Origin: Octopus vulgaris
Lineage: Eukaryota
Direction of reading: 5' to 3'
Length of the DNA stretch: 64,000 bases
Assembly (NCBI GenBank): GCA_951406725.2
Contig: OX597815.1
Coordinates: 212,102,001-212,166,000 of the forward strand
The notes under the pieces were generated by a model that did not search any database, was not told the DNA's origin, and saw only the letters and a list, made by a program, of their open reading frames with translations. Within the stretch, counting starts at the first letter, position 1; the number at the start of each line of letters is the position of its first letter. Shown here in pieces: positions 51,508-64,000 of this stretch. The position numbers were made by a program, and so were the translations under genes.

Positions 51508-52160
51508 AGGCGGCGAGCTGGCAGAAACGTTAGCACGCCGGGCGAAATGCGTAGCCGTATTTTGTCTGTCGTTACGTTCTGAGTTCAAATTCCGCCGAGG
51601 TCGACTTTGCCTTTCATCCTTTCGGGGTCGATAAATTAAGTACCAGTTACGCACTGGGGTCGATGTAATCGACTTAATCCGTTTGTCTGTCCTTGTTTGT
51701 CCTCTCTATGTTTAGCCCTTTGTGGGTAGCAAAGAAATAAGAATCGTTACCACACCGAGCAAAATGCTTACCGGCATCTGATCCATTTTTACCTTCTGAG
51801 TTCAAATGCCGCTGAGGTTGACTTTGCCTTTCATCCTTTCGCGAGAGCGATAGCAATAAGTACCAGCTGAGCAGTGGGGGGGGGGGGGGAGATGTAATCG
51901 ACTTATCCCGCTTCCTCGAAATTGCTGGCCTTGTGCCAAAATTTGAAGCCAATATTACTGCTGATGTTAAAGGCGAGCTAACTGAATTGTTAGCATGCAC
52001 TTCTTCCAGCTTCACATTCTGAGTTCAAATTCCGCCGAGGTCGAATTTGCCTTTCATCCCTTTAGGGTCAATGAAATAAGTAACAGTCGAGTACTGGAAT
52101 CGATGTCATCGACGAACCGAATTCCCCCAACATTCCAGTCCTGTGCCTAAAGCAGAAGGA
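51508..52160 (+). mobile_element. Cluster of three tRNA-derived SINE copies
   Basis: Same family as 1-672. Confidence 0.85.
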
Positions 52161-52271
52161 AATATTTCTGCTGTTGCTGAGACTATAAGTAGTTTACCAT
52201 GATATCATGTTTGTTTTAAAGTTAATAATTATAGGCGCAGGGGTGGCTGTGTGGTAAGTAGCTTACTTACC

Positions 52272-52448
52272 TATTTCTTTATTACCCACAAGGGGCAAAA
52301 CATAGAGGGGACAAACAAAGACAAACATAGGTATTAAGTCGATTACATCGACCACAGTGCGTAACTGGTACTTAATTTATCGACCCCGAAAGGATGAAAG
52401 GCAAAGTCAACCTCGGCGGAATTTGAACTCAGAACGTAACGGCAGACG
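52272..52448 (-). mobile_element. 5'-truncated Tx1-tailed SINE inserted into a CORE-SINE head
   Basis: TSD AAGTAGCTTACTTACC at 52256-52271 and 52449-52464. Confidence 0.85.
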
Positions 52449-54366
52449 AAGTAGCTTACTTACCAACCACATGGTTCCCTGTTCAGTCACGCTGCAAGTG
52501 TCTTCTACTATAGCCTCGGGCCGACCAAAGTCTTGTGAGTGGATTTGGTAGATGGAAGCTGAAAGAAGCCTGTCGTATATATGTATATGTGTGTGTGTGT
52601 TTGTGTGTCTGTGTTTGTTCTCCCAACATTGCTTGACAACTTATGCTGATGTGTTTATGTCCCCGTAGAGATCGATAGAATAAGTACTAGGCTTCCAAAG
52701 AATAAGTCCTGGGGTCGATTTGCTCGACTAAAGGCGGTGCTCCAGCATGGCCACGGTCAAATGACTGAAACAAGAGTAAAAGAGGAGACAAAGATTCAAA
52801 CTGATCAGATATATGTACCACTCCTCTACACCTCCCACCTTTGTACCCAGTACCCATATAAAATTTTCCACAACTTCCCATGGGATGGTACTGCCTATTT
52901 TGAGAAGTACTGATCCAACAGAACAAATCTTTATGGAGTAAAAGGGTTGCTGCTGGAGAACCAATGCTGAAAACGTCACTTCGTCCCACTGCAAAATACA
53001 GCTCATGGTGAATGATAGGTAGGTCTACAATTCAAAACCGGAATAAGACCAAACTGTTGCTTCCAAACGGCCGTGTTGTTAAAACGCTTGCTTTGCAACC
53101 AACTGGTTTCAGGTTCAGTGTCAAGGCATAGCACCTTGAGCAAGTGTCTTCTAGTCTATCCCTGGACCGACCAATATCATGTGAGTAAATTTGGTGGATG
53201 GAAACCATTGAAAAGCCCAGTGTGAATGTGTGTTTGCGTTTGTAACTCCTCCACTGCTTGACAGCCGGCGTTGGTTCGTTTATGTCCCATAACTTACAAG
53301 TTCAACTAAATCACCGATATAGTAAGTACCAGACTTTTATGTCATATGAGTGAATTTGGTAGATGGAAACCATTTAGAAACCCATGCGTAAATGTGTTTG
53401 TGTGTGTGTCTTTGCATTTGTAACCCCTCCAATGCTTGACAGTCGATGTTGGTTCGTTTATGTCCCCGTAACTTAGATTAACCGATATAATAAGTACCAG
53501 GCTTTAAAAGAGATGCATAAAACCCTTCAAGGTGATGCCCCAGCATGGCTGCAGTGCAACTGAAAGAAGTAAAAGAAATAAAAGCTAAAGTTTCTTTATA
53601 TTTCATCTCTTTTAAAAAGAATTCCTTTCTAAATTTGTGATGAATTTTGTGTAGCTTCACCATCATCATCATCATTTTAAATGTCCCCTTTTCCATGTTG
53701 CATGGCTCAGAATTCATTAAGGCAGATTTTCTACAGCCTGCTGCTCTCCCAGTTGCTAACCTTCACCTGTTTCCAAGTCAGGTAATATCCCACCCAACCC
53801 CCGGCCAGTCACGCTTCCACAGTATATTGGAAATGAATGACATTGCTTGTATGAGAGAGAGACACATGTAATTTTTCTTTTTTTAAACCAAGTTTTTTTT
53901 CTCTCCATTACTTAGCCCATCTGTAACACTTTCATGCGATTAGTTGACGGGAAAGGTGAAGAGTGAAAGCAAAAAGAAAGAGAAACATAGGGTAAGGTGA
54001 ATAACGAGAGACAAAGAGGGGGAGTGCTGCGTATTAAGCCTATAAAATTGTGCATGAAGTATATATATAGGAGTGGATGTGTGGTAAGTAGCTTGCTTAC
54101 CAACCACATGGTTCCGGGTTCAGTCCCACTGCGTGGCACCTTGGGCAAGTGTTTTCTGCTATAGCCCCGGGCCGACCAATGCCTTGTGAGTGGATTTGGT
54201 AGACGGAAACTGAAAGAAGCCCGTCGTATATATGTATAAATATGTGTGTGCGTGTATGTTTGTGTGTCTGTGTTTGTCCTCCTAGCATTGCTTGACAACC
54301 GATGCTGGTGTGTTTACGTCTCCGTCACTTAGCGGTTCGGCAAAAGAGACCAATAGAATAAGTACT

Positions 54367-54702
54367 CATCATCATCGTTTAACGTCCGTTTTCCGCGCTA
54401 GCACAGGTTGGACGGTTCGACCGGGGTCTGGGAAGCCAGGGGCTGCTCCAGGCTCCAGTCTGATCTGGCAGAGTTTCTACGGCTGGATGCCCTTCCTAAC
54501 GCCAACCACTCCGCGAGTGTAGTGGGTGCTTGTTACGTGCCACCTGCACAGGTGCCAGGGGGGGGTCCAGCATCGGCCACAATCGGTTGGAGCTTTTAAC
54601 GTGCCGGCGGCACGGAAGCCAGCCAAGGCGGTGCTGGCAACGTTCAGATGGTGCTTTTTATGTGCCACCGGCACAGAAGCCAGTCAGAGCGGCGCTGGCA
54701 TC
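54367..54702 (-). mobile_element. Retroposon with RTE-like 3' end and (GAT)n tail, nested in a CORE-SINE
   Basis: CATCATCATCGTTTAACGTCCG..GGATGCCCTTCCTAACGCCAACC. Copies at ~53661, ~59612 and 63049-63275. Confidence 0.7.
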
Positions 54703-55559
54703 GGCTTACAAAAGAATAAGTCCTGGGGTTGATTTGCTCAACTAAAGGCGGTGCTCCAGCATGGCCGCAGTCAAATGACTGAAACAAGTAAAGGAGAAAA
54801 AAGAAAGAGAATATGAAGCAAATTAAGAAATCATCACATTCCAAGTTCCTTCACTTTTCAATGATCAGCAGATGAGCGACTAACTTTTGATATGGACACA
54901 CACTACAGGCTACTCTTCCAGTTTTTTTTAGATTAAGTTTTCAGAAATAACCCAATAAGTTTACCATTAATTCCATGGAATATTCACGGTTCCCGCTAGA
55001 ATATATAATTTCAGTCACTGGTGAGTAAAGAGAGAAAATGTTTCACATAGGTGCAGGAGTGGCTGTGTGGTAAGTAGCTTGCTTACCAACCACATGGTTC
55101 CGGGTTTATTCCCACTGCGTGGTACCTTGGGCAGGTGTCTTCTACTATAACCACGGGCCGACCAAAGCCTTGTGAGTGGATTTGGTAGACGGAAACTGAA
55201 AAGAAGCCCATCGTATATATGTATATATGTGTGTGTGTGTGTGTGTTTGTGTTTGTCTCCGCAACATCGCTTGACAACCGATGCTGGTGTGTTTACGTTC
55301 CCGTAACATCGCTTGACAACCGATGCTGGTGTGTTTACGTCCCCGTAACTTAGCGGTTCGGCAAGAGAAACCGATAGAATAAGTACTAGCCTTCCGAAGA
55401 ATAAGTCCTGGTGTCGATTTGCTCAAGTGAAGGCGGTGCTCCAGCATGGCTGCAGTCACATGACTGAAACGGGTAAAAGAGTATGCAAAATACCAAGATG
55501 ACTGTGATGCCCTGTGATGAAAACAAAAGTCAATGAGAATTAGAAAATATTTGTCAAGA

Positions 55560-58500
55560 CAACATTTTGTCCACATGTTATTTTTATTTCCTTTATGTAC
55601 AATAAACACACTCAGTTGTGTGTTTGAAGGGAAGATATATAAATATACATTACATATTCCTTAGATATATTCACATGTAGAAGTATCACATTCTACGGGT
55701 GCAGTTATAAATATCTCACATATATACATACTTTTATGTAAATATATATGCAATTTAGGTATCAACACATTCTTAACTATATATGTACATTTATATAAAC
55801 ATATATATTAATACATATGTATATATGTATTATATATATATAAAATATTTAATAAAAAATATTCCAGTATTTCTTGTAAAAAGAAAAAAATGGATTGTGA
55901 TGCAGTGATCCAATTTTAAAAACTAGTTTCTCAATCTTTGAAAAAAAAATCTGTCAGAGAAAGACAATGCCAGTTTGTTCAAAAGTGATTTTTCTATCAA
56001 CAATTATAAAATTCTTAACCAAAACAAGTAGATGTTGGTTTAGTGGTAGGGGAGATTAGATTTTTATTTTTTATATTACTAATTTTTTTTTGTTTTTTTT
56101 TTCTGGGATTTTTGTTTTTTATTTTTTTATTTTATCTTTTTTTTGTTGTTGCTTGCTTGATTATTTTATTAATTCAACCAAACATTCAGTTATCAAACTA
56201 AAGAAACCGAGATCGAAATAACAAACACATAGTTTGAGAATCAGAGACTCCGATGTTACTGGTGTAAAGATATTTGTCTCTCCTCTCTCTCTTCCCACAC
56301 ACCAACTGGCAATGATAAAAAACTGCATCAACATTTTTTTTTTTTTATATCTCTTGGGAAGGAAAATGGAAAAAGCAGCTTTTCCATTCTATATATGTAC
56401 AAAATATACAACTTTGCTTGTCTTCCATTAGGTAGGAAATTATAATAAAATGTATGTATGCGTGGCTGTGTGTATGTATTACAATGCGTATGTATATACA
56501 CATACACATTTAGATAGACTGTCATGAAATAAAGGAGAATAAAAACACAATAGAACCTGCAGTTTTAGAATATTGCCAAGAACAGATGACTATATTTTGT
56601 CCCTCTTAAAAACAGATAAGAATCGTTAATATAGTAACCAAGATTCCAAACCACCAAAATTACATCTCTCATTTTAACTTAATATTGTTTTAGGATCCTT
56701 CAAGAGAGAATGCAAACGGATTGTCTACATGAAAAGAAGAAAATGGAAGGGATAGAAAGTTAAAACTGAATGAGGTAATTCACTGAGCAGTTTTGGCCAA
56801 TTCTACAATAGTCGGAGGATTATTGGTGTCGCAACTAGTATAAATATATACTGCAGTCTTTCAGCTGCTTTTATAATACTATTACACATCTATTTAAAGA
56901 TATGTGTCTAAGTTGTGCAATATGGCTACTTAATACCAGAAATTAGAATTAGATTTTTATTCAACTAAAATTACTCTACAGCTATTAAACTTAACACAGC
57001 GTGTTTTGTTTTCTCTGTTTTTTGGGGTTTTTTCAAAAATTATAATCAACAATATGCAGAAACTTCTCAGGTTTTATGGATTTGTTTATAGGTGAGTGTC
57101 ATGGTAAAAGATATAGATATTTCAAATCCATAGATTGATCTAGAAATGTTGGCACTGGTAAAAAAAAAAAAATTTTTTTTTAAAGTCATTGAGAAGCTTC
57201 TCCAAAGAAGTGATCTTTAAATGCAGAGAACTAATTATAGCTAAAATTAATTAATTAACAAAACAACCAGTTAACAATCTATGAATCAGTTCAGGTACAG
57301 GGACTATAAAAAATATTGAGTCTTTTATCAAATTTTCCATTTGAAATGTTGAAAATTATTAAACAACTATTTTTTTCTTTTTTAGATCTAACCAGAAAAT
57401 TAACATTTTCTGTAAAAGGTAAAGTTATTTTTTAAACCAATTGGTTTGATAACAATTGCTAACTCTCAAAGTGTAGCCTGTCTAATTAGTCTTCATGTAA
57501 TGTCTTAATAAAAAGTAATAGCATGTAATAAAAATATACACCCTTTTAATGATATACAATTAATGCATATATGTAATTTATTATGCATCGGTTTGTGTTG
57601 TTCTTTAAATACATGAATGAACGTGAATGTATATTAAGAAAATAAAAATTAATATACAAATAAATAAAGGATTGTCACTAAAAATTCACAAGCTAAAAAG
57701 TAACTTCTATAAAATATCAGCATTTTTATAATGAAAGTTAGCAGAAACTTAGTATCATCTAATGGCCCTTTTTTTCATTTACAGGACAGATTTAATTTAA
57801 AATATACATAAGCAGGTAAAAAAAACAAACAAAGTAACCAATCTGGGAAGGCTATTATAAGTATGAAAAGAAAAACAAAATTATATCTCCTTGTTCTATT
57901 GTTTACGTTTTTACCTTAGTTTTCAAATGGGAATTGAAATTACATAAAAAAAAAACATTTTTATTTTCTCTCTTTTTTTTTAGTTAATCTTAAAAATTGA
58001 AACTATAGATGTCACTGGTGTTGCTTTAATTATTAGCGTAATTATTATTATTATTATTATTATTTTGTTTTCTATTAAAATATTGAGATATTAATAACTA
58101 GCACAATCACAGAATGCTACACTGTTAGTAGCTTTCTTACACTGAAACAATTCACCAAAGGATCTTTCACTAAACTGCTTAGTCTATACTTGCTCTTCCT
58201 TTTATATGCAGGGTACCCCAAAACTGATTTCTACTGACTTAGCGGCCAATGGCCAGGTTTTGCAAAAGGAGAAGAACAGTGAAGTGACTCAGAAGCAGCA
58301 TATTACTCATTACCATTCTCAAGAAGAATGAAATCCAAATAAGATTTTCTAGGATTAAAGTAAATACTCTCAGGCATTTTTGGTTAGCACACTTAGCATT
58401 TCCAGCTAAACACACTGCCCTATATTGTGCCTTGTCATTAGGCAACCATATTTTGAGGTACCCTCATATACTAAAAGACATACACTCACTCATACACAAA

Positions 58501-58981
58501 AAGCAGTGAACTGTACAGTGCAGAACTTTTGCACTTCAGTTATAGAAGTGACATTTTTTTTTTTCAAAAAAATTTTTTTTCTTTTTTGTAAAAGATCTGA
58601 AAGTCGTTGAATGAACGGCATTTTGCCTCGAAATTCTAAATTTCTTCTGTTTCCATATTTTTTTTTTTCCTTTCATTAATTGTAATTTTCAGAACATATC
58701 ACATGTGAATTCATCAAAAAAATTATATTGCTGCTACTGGTCTCTAATGATTGTTTCTAAATCTCTAGGGTTCAACTAGAGTTTCTGTATAAAATCCAAC
58801 CAATTAGCAAAGTTAGATGACTGTCCCTCCAGTGGTGGTCATGTATGGCATCCATCACAATGTTAGCCAGTAGATTGGTTAAATTGCTGTGCTACTAGCT
58901 GGTGAAACAAGTCAGTAGAGAGTGGGTTCAATGGCGTATAAAAAACAATATTTTGCCCAGCAAAATATATCAGAAACAAAC
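55560..58981 (-). other. Probable terminal 3'-UTR exon of the RhoGEF gene
   Basis: Strong acceptor (CTAAT branch, poly-T, TAG|) at 58982-59008; 3.4 kb without recognisable transposons; AATAAA on minus strand at 55583-55588. Confidence 0.5.
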
Positions 58982-59862
58982 CTAAAAAAGAAAAAAAAAA
59001 TTCATTAGATTTATAATTAAGTAAAACAACAAAAATGACATCAAATAAAGTCTTAAATACTTATGGTATGCAAATCTGTAGCACCAGTTCTATGTAACTA
59101 CAGGATTTGTTGATTATATAAATAGATGATTGCCTGCTTATTTCTCTACGATTGGCCAAATGATGCAGACACCCCTGATGAGAACTCAATAAGGTTGGAA
59201 AGTGATTTTTTCCACTCTACAGAGAAATAGTTAAATTTGCCCTGTTTATATCTATCTACTGCAGTAGATAGATATAAACAGGGCATTCTACTATAGCTTG
59301 GGCTGATCAAAGCCTTGTGAGTAGATTTGGCAGATGGAAACTGAAAGAAGACCATCATATATTTGTGTGTGTGCATATATATATACATTACATTTATATT
59401 TATGTGTGTGTTTACCCCACCTCCCCGTTTAATAAACAGCATTGGGGCATTTGCATCCCCATAACTCACCAGTTCAGCAAAAGCAACTGATAGAATAAGT
59501 ACAGGTTTAAAAAATAAGTACAGGGGTCGATTCAACCAACTAAAAATTCCAGGTGGTGCCTTAGCATGGCCTCAATCTAATGACTGAAACCAGTAAAAGA
59601 TTAAAGGTATATCATCATCATCATTTAACATCCATTTCTAATGCTAGCATGGGTTTGATGGTTTGACTGAAAACTGGTAAGCTGAGAAGCTACACCAAGT
59701 TCCTATCTGATTTGGCACGGCTTCTATGGCTGGATGCCCTTCCAAATGCCAACCACTCCAAAAGTGCAATAGGTGTTTTTTACATGCCAGTTGCATAACA
59801 CTGGTATAGATCTCACTTGATTTGACAAGTCAAGATACATATATATACATACATACATATAT

Positions 59863-60100
59863 ACCGGAGTAAACACATAAATGTGAAACAAGGTGGAAAA
59901 AAGAGTACTCAAATACCAGTGGTAGAGTAATATGCTTTATTTAAAAGCAGCAGAAATTCAACAAAACCTGTTACTCAGAGTTTCACGTTCCTGTTCATCG
60001 GACAGTTTTGTTAAAAAAACCCAAAAAAACTGTCCGATGAACGGGAACGTGAAACTCCGAGTAACAGGTTTAGTTGAATTTCTGCTGCTTTTAAATAAAG
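59863..60100. mobile_element. Fold-back HHR element: ~75-bp inverted arms (59935-60009 / 60026-60100) plus ~72-bp tail, in TA-rich repeat
   Basis: Arms are near-perfect reverse complements; each holds an HHR-like motif. Confidence 0.85.
60030..60067 (+). ncRNA. Minimal hammerhead, U4C core variant (mirror copy at 59968-60005, minus strand)
   Basis: CTGT-CCGATGA-ACG(GGAA)CGT-GAA-ACTC(C)GAGT-A-ACAG. Confidence 0.7.
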
Positions 60101-60107
60101 TACATAC

Positions 60108-60163
<56 letters not shown>

Positions 60164-60699
60164 GTGAGTCTCAAAGCTAATATAACTATAAATAGCAGCA
60201 TGTCAATATTGGGTTCAAAACCACTTTTGGATAGAGAAATTTGAAGGCTGCCTGTGGAGCTCAAACCCACATCTCCTCTAAGAATAACAGGCATTTTTAC
60301 CATTGAGCCAAAGTAATTATTCAAATTTCTCTATTTTAGAAACATTATTCGTACCAGTGTGGGTAGCCTTAGACTTTTTCTGTACAAATATTTACACACT
60401 ATTACTTATAGCTTTACCTGCTTCAGGATTCACCATTCCAAACAGAGAGAGAAAAAAAAAACATTAAAGCTATTTATAAATATTCATAAACTAAAAGTGT
60501 AAATTTTAAAATTACTAACCACTAAAAACAAAACATTCAGTTTTAGGTATATAGTTATTAAAATAATTAAAATAAATTAAACCCTTTAGGCAACAATGCG
60601 TGATGGAATCTGCAGGTACAAACCATTTCATCTGAACCTTTTTGATAGCAACCTGCCCGAGATCACCCCCAGTTCTTTAATATAAACCTCTAGCTTTAA

Positions 60700-60918
60700 C
60701 CCTTTAGTGTTTAAACCAGCTGTATCCGGCCCAAATATTCTACACATTTTATGCTCAAACTGGCCAGAGCCAGCATCTCACACCTACCCAGCAATGTCAT
60801 TCTAAAAATAAGCAATTACATCTTTCCTATCTTGAAGCTACAAAATAATATCAGATAAATTTTTTTAAATGTAAATAAATAAGGATTGCTTTGACAAATT
60901 AATCTGAATGCTAAAGGG
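60700..60918. mobile_element. piggyBac-type MITE
   Basis: TTAA|CCCTTTAG..CTAAAGGG|TTAA. Apparently nested in an older element (~60634-61072); diverged inverted copy at ~61300-61447. Confidence 0.75.
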
Positions 60919-61681
60919 TTAATTAAGAATCTTAATTAAACCATCCATCAAAATTTCATGCTGATTTATGTTTTAAATGCTAACTTAATAATAACAAAGT
61001 TATTTTACTAAATTCTTCATTATTTTCGAAAGACTATGAATTTCCACAGAAATAGAGTAACAAAACGGTTAAGTTATATAGATGGCAACTTGTCAATGCT
61101 GACAATTTTTCCTAATAGTATTTGCTAGTTTTTGCCTGAGCACCAGGCTGGTAAACCCTGATCAAGTAAACATAGTTTACTCTGAGTTATACTTTCCCTG
61201 ATGAATGGTTAAAAATTGAATTCGCATCCTTGACAATAAGCCTTAAGCTTTCAGGTTACTCTGTCGAAGGCAATGCTCTATTCACATAGCTTTGAATAAA
61301 TCATGCATTGCATTGTAGCTTCAAAGAGTATTTTTTTTTTCAGCATGACATTGTAGGGTAGGTGTGAGAAGCAGGACCAGGCCAGTTTGAACAAAATAAG
61401 TAGCATATTTGGCCCAGATATGGCCAGTTTAAATGCTAAATAGTTAAGATAAATTGCAAATCAGGATTTGGTAAAGTTTGAATTATGACAATTGAAAGAA
61501 GAAAATATATAAAAATCTCAAATTAATTACACAATTTTTCAATTATACATAATAGGAGTTTTAATAAAAACAAAATTAAAAAAAGAGAGGCAATTATATG
61601 AAATATAAAGTAAAATTGAAAATATCAGAGAAGGCTGGAAACTGAAATAAGAGATATAAGAGGTACTGACCCCAAATGATA

Positions 61682-62308
61682 TCAAAAATAAATGATATCC
61701 GTTTCTGTGGGTTCGGACTTTGGTTGAACTGGTGCTGGATGATTTGTTGGTCGGTCTTTGTGCGCAGATCTGGAAGGCTCCGCGAGTTTCATCACCTGAC
61801 TGAGACTACTGGGGTCTTTCCCTGTGCTAAAAGAGGAACTTGACACCGAACGGCCGAGTCCCGTGCGGTGCTGTGACTGTGAGGCACCTTTAGAGTTTGG
61901 TAATGATGAAGACGAGTTATCGGCAAGTTTTAAAGGAAGGTACTGTTGCAATTTCTCTCCACTTCGTTGCTCATTCGTCGCACTAAATAAGTGGGGAGCA
62001 CATGTCTTATTGCCAGGAGCATTGACCAGATTACCACCAACAGAGGTTTTAGGCACTGGCTTGGATGAGTCTTTTAAGTCTTTATAATCCTCAGAAGACT
62101 GAGACACAAGCTCTGCTGAAGCAGAGCGTTTGTGTTGGATTGAACTACGGTAATTGTCACCATCAGACCCTGATTGTTCAGGATTTTCGGTCCTGTCCAA
62201 TTGTCTTCTTCCTTCGCTATCACTTCGACGTTCCATGAACAAATCAATCTGCTTTTGTAGAGCAATTTGTCCTCGGCGCAATTCCTCTTGCTGTAACTTC
62301 AGATCATC
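61682..62308 (-). CDS. Last coding exon of an ARHGEF18/AKAP13/Cysts-like RhoGEF
   Basis: TTTTACTCTAG| acceptor; 209 codons DDLKLQQEELRR..TDIIYF*. HLFSATNE..LQQYLPLKLA resembles the p114RhoGEF LLSATNQ..QQQIPTKLA motif (from memory); hydrophobic PDZ-binding-type C-terminus. DH/PH domains are not in this window. Confidence 0.7.
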   Translation of the reverse strand, partial: DDLKLQQEELRRGQIALQKQIDLFMERRSDSEGRRQLDRTENPEQSGSDGDNYRSSIQHKRSASAELVSQSSEDYKDLKDSSKPVPKTSVGGNLVNAPGNKTCAPHLFSATNEQRSGEKLQQYLPLKLADNSSSSLPNSKGASQSQHRTGLGRSVSSSSFSTGKDPSSLSQVMKLAEPSRSAHKDRPTNHPAPVQPKSEPTETDIIYF

Positions 62309-63599
62309 CTAGAGTAAAACAGAAACATAAAAAAAAGTGAATAAGATTCTTTAAAAAGATTTGGTCAGATTTTAAAATTGAAGATAATATGTATTTGTAG
62401 CAGACTTTCTAATATTCAACTAAAAGTTCAACAAGTAATTTAGTAGAATCATTTAACAAACTCAACTAACATTCCAGAAAATCAAAACAGTTCAGTATGG
62501 TGATGATAATATGGAAAAGTGGATGTTAAATAATGATGATGACGCCGTCCATTGATGGTAAACATTAAGCAGCAATTCTCAAAGTGTTTCATCAAATATG
62601 ACTCCCAAAATAACCAAGTCTAACCCAAGATATTTCCAGATTCGTTTATTCTGCTTCCATTGTGATGACCTTTCACTACCAACCTTTGGTATATTTCACG
62701 TAGCAAATTTATTAGTCATTCATGCCGCCAGAGCAACCATCTCTCCTTCAAAGACCAACATTTTCTCTTGACTTTCAGTCAGCCTGTGTTCTAGCTTAAT
62801 ATTGAATACAGAAATCATAGAACAATCCTTGCACAGAGAAAAAACTTTCCATTCCCAAACAAAAACCCACAACAGCCAATAGAGTTAGCCCTAAACTAAA
62901 CCTACTTCATTCTCTTCAAACACAAACCATGTTATATACCTATATACAAAACTAATTATATCACCTAGGTAATTGAACTTCACCACCATTTTCATACCAT
63001 TTTAGCAGTCTATGGCTTCCAGTTTGGGGGGGGAGGTCTCTCAATACACATCATCATCATCGTTTAACGTCCGTTCTCCATGCTAGCATGGGTTGGACGG
63101 TTCGACCGGGGTCTGGGAAGCCAGGAGGCTGCACCAGGCTCCAGTCTGATCTGGCAGTGTTTCTACAACTGGATGCCCTTCCTAATGCCAACCACTCCGT
63201 GACTGTAGTGGGAGCTTTTTAGGTGCCAGGGGAGGCTGGCAACAGCCACAATTGGTTGGTGGCTTTTACGTGCTTTTTATTCATTTAATAACATGTCTCT
63301 TACCTTTTCTTTTTGAAGTTGCACAGAATCTCTTTCCTGATTTTCCCTATTTCGTTTCTTCTCCAGTTCAAATTCTTCACGTTCTCGCATCAACTCTTCC
63401 TACAAGTAGATATCAGTTTTGTTTCAGAAGTAAAAAAAAAATTTCAATAAGAGAATAAAATAATAACAACAACATTAATAATAATGGTTTTAAATTTTGA
63501 CACAAGGTCAACAATTTTACAGGAGGGTTATACCTTAACCACCCCAACATTGTTCTTTAATTTCTAAACCCAATCTATCTTTCCTAAAACGTTAGCCAC

Positions 63600-63721
63600 C
63601 TGGAATTCCGTACTTAGGAACAGTGGTTTGAATGCTGGATATTTTCGCACAGCTGATTGGACATTCCGTCTGTTTTGGCAACAGAGCTTTTTGACGTTGG
63701 AGGCAAACAAACACAAGGATG
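63600..63721 (-). CDS. Candidate upstream or alternative exon (SLCLFASNVKK..LSTEFQ)
   Basis: Pyrimidine tract plus TTAG acceptor, CAG|GT donor, open frame joining 62308 in phase 0. Donor is weak and the peptide is not the coiled coil expected here. Confidence 0.3.
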
Positions 63722-64000
63722 CTAAAGAATAAAGATATAGAGAGAGAGGAGTGAGAGTGAGAGTGGAGAAACATTGCAATTTGTAAAAATAATCCTGATT
63801 GACAAACAATTCTCATCTTCTCTTTACCTCATACATGTAAAGGAAAATGTGCTTACATACATAAAGAAAGAGAAAGAGAAAAGGTGGAAGAAAAACATTG
63901 AAACATCCGAAACCAAAATAAATCCTTGTTGAATCAGCGACACCAAAAAAGTGGTGTCAAAACAGCCACATCACAGAACTAAATACTGCAGTTTATTTTG

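Noticed and set aside
52800-53006. Minus-strand ORF ending ..NFIWVLGTK, loosely like 32650-32730
   Set aside because: Shared match is only ~12 nt and no family is recognisable.

Overview
Repeat-rich, AT-rich eukaryotic genomic DNA. The tRNA-derived SINE families and long (TA)n tracts suggest a cephalopod, probably Octopus (inference). Main signal: at least seven distinct families of type I hammerhead-ribozyme (HHR) elements sit in (TA)n microsatellites. The largest is an 11.3-kb array of 20 tandem ~550-bp units plus one inverted unit, each carrying an HHR core (retrozyme-like). Several smaller families share one layout: (TA)n, tail plus unit(s), shorter inverted arm, (TA)n. An intact Penelope-like RT + GIY-YIG element with its own U3-A8 variant HHR is also in a (TA)n tract and is a plausible driver. 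Second system: a Tx1/L1 LINE inserted into a tRNA-derived SINE with a 16-bp TSD; that SINE carries a similar 3' tail and nests into itself at the same site. Also present: an intact CR1/L2-group ORF2 whose 3' end matches a CORE-SINE tail, Helitron, mariner and piggyBac-type remnants, and the last coding exon of an ARHGEF18/Cysts-like RhoGEF (minus strand) with a probable 3'-UTR intron. All folds and alignments were done by eye; nothing was computed or searched.
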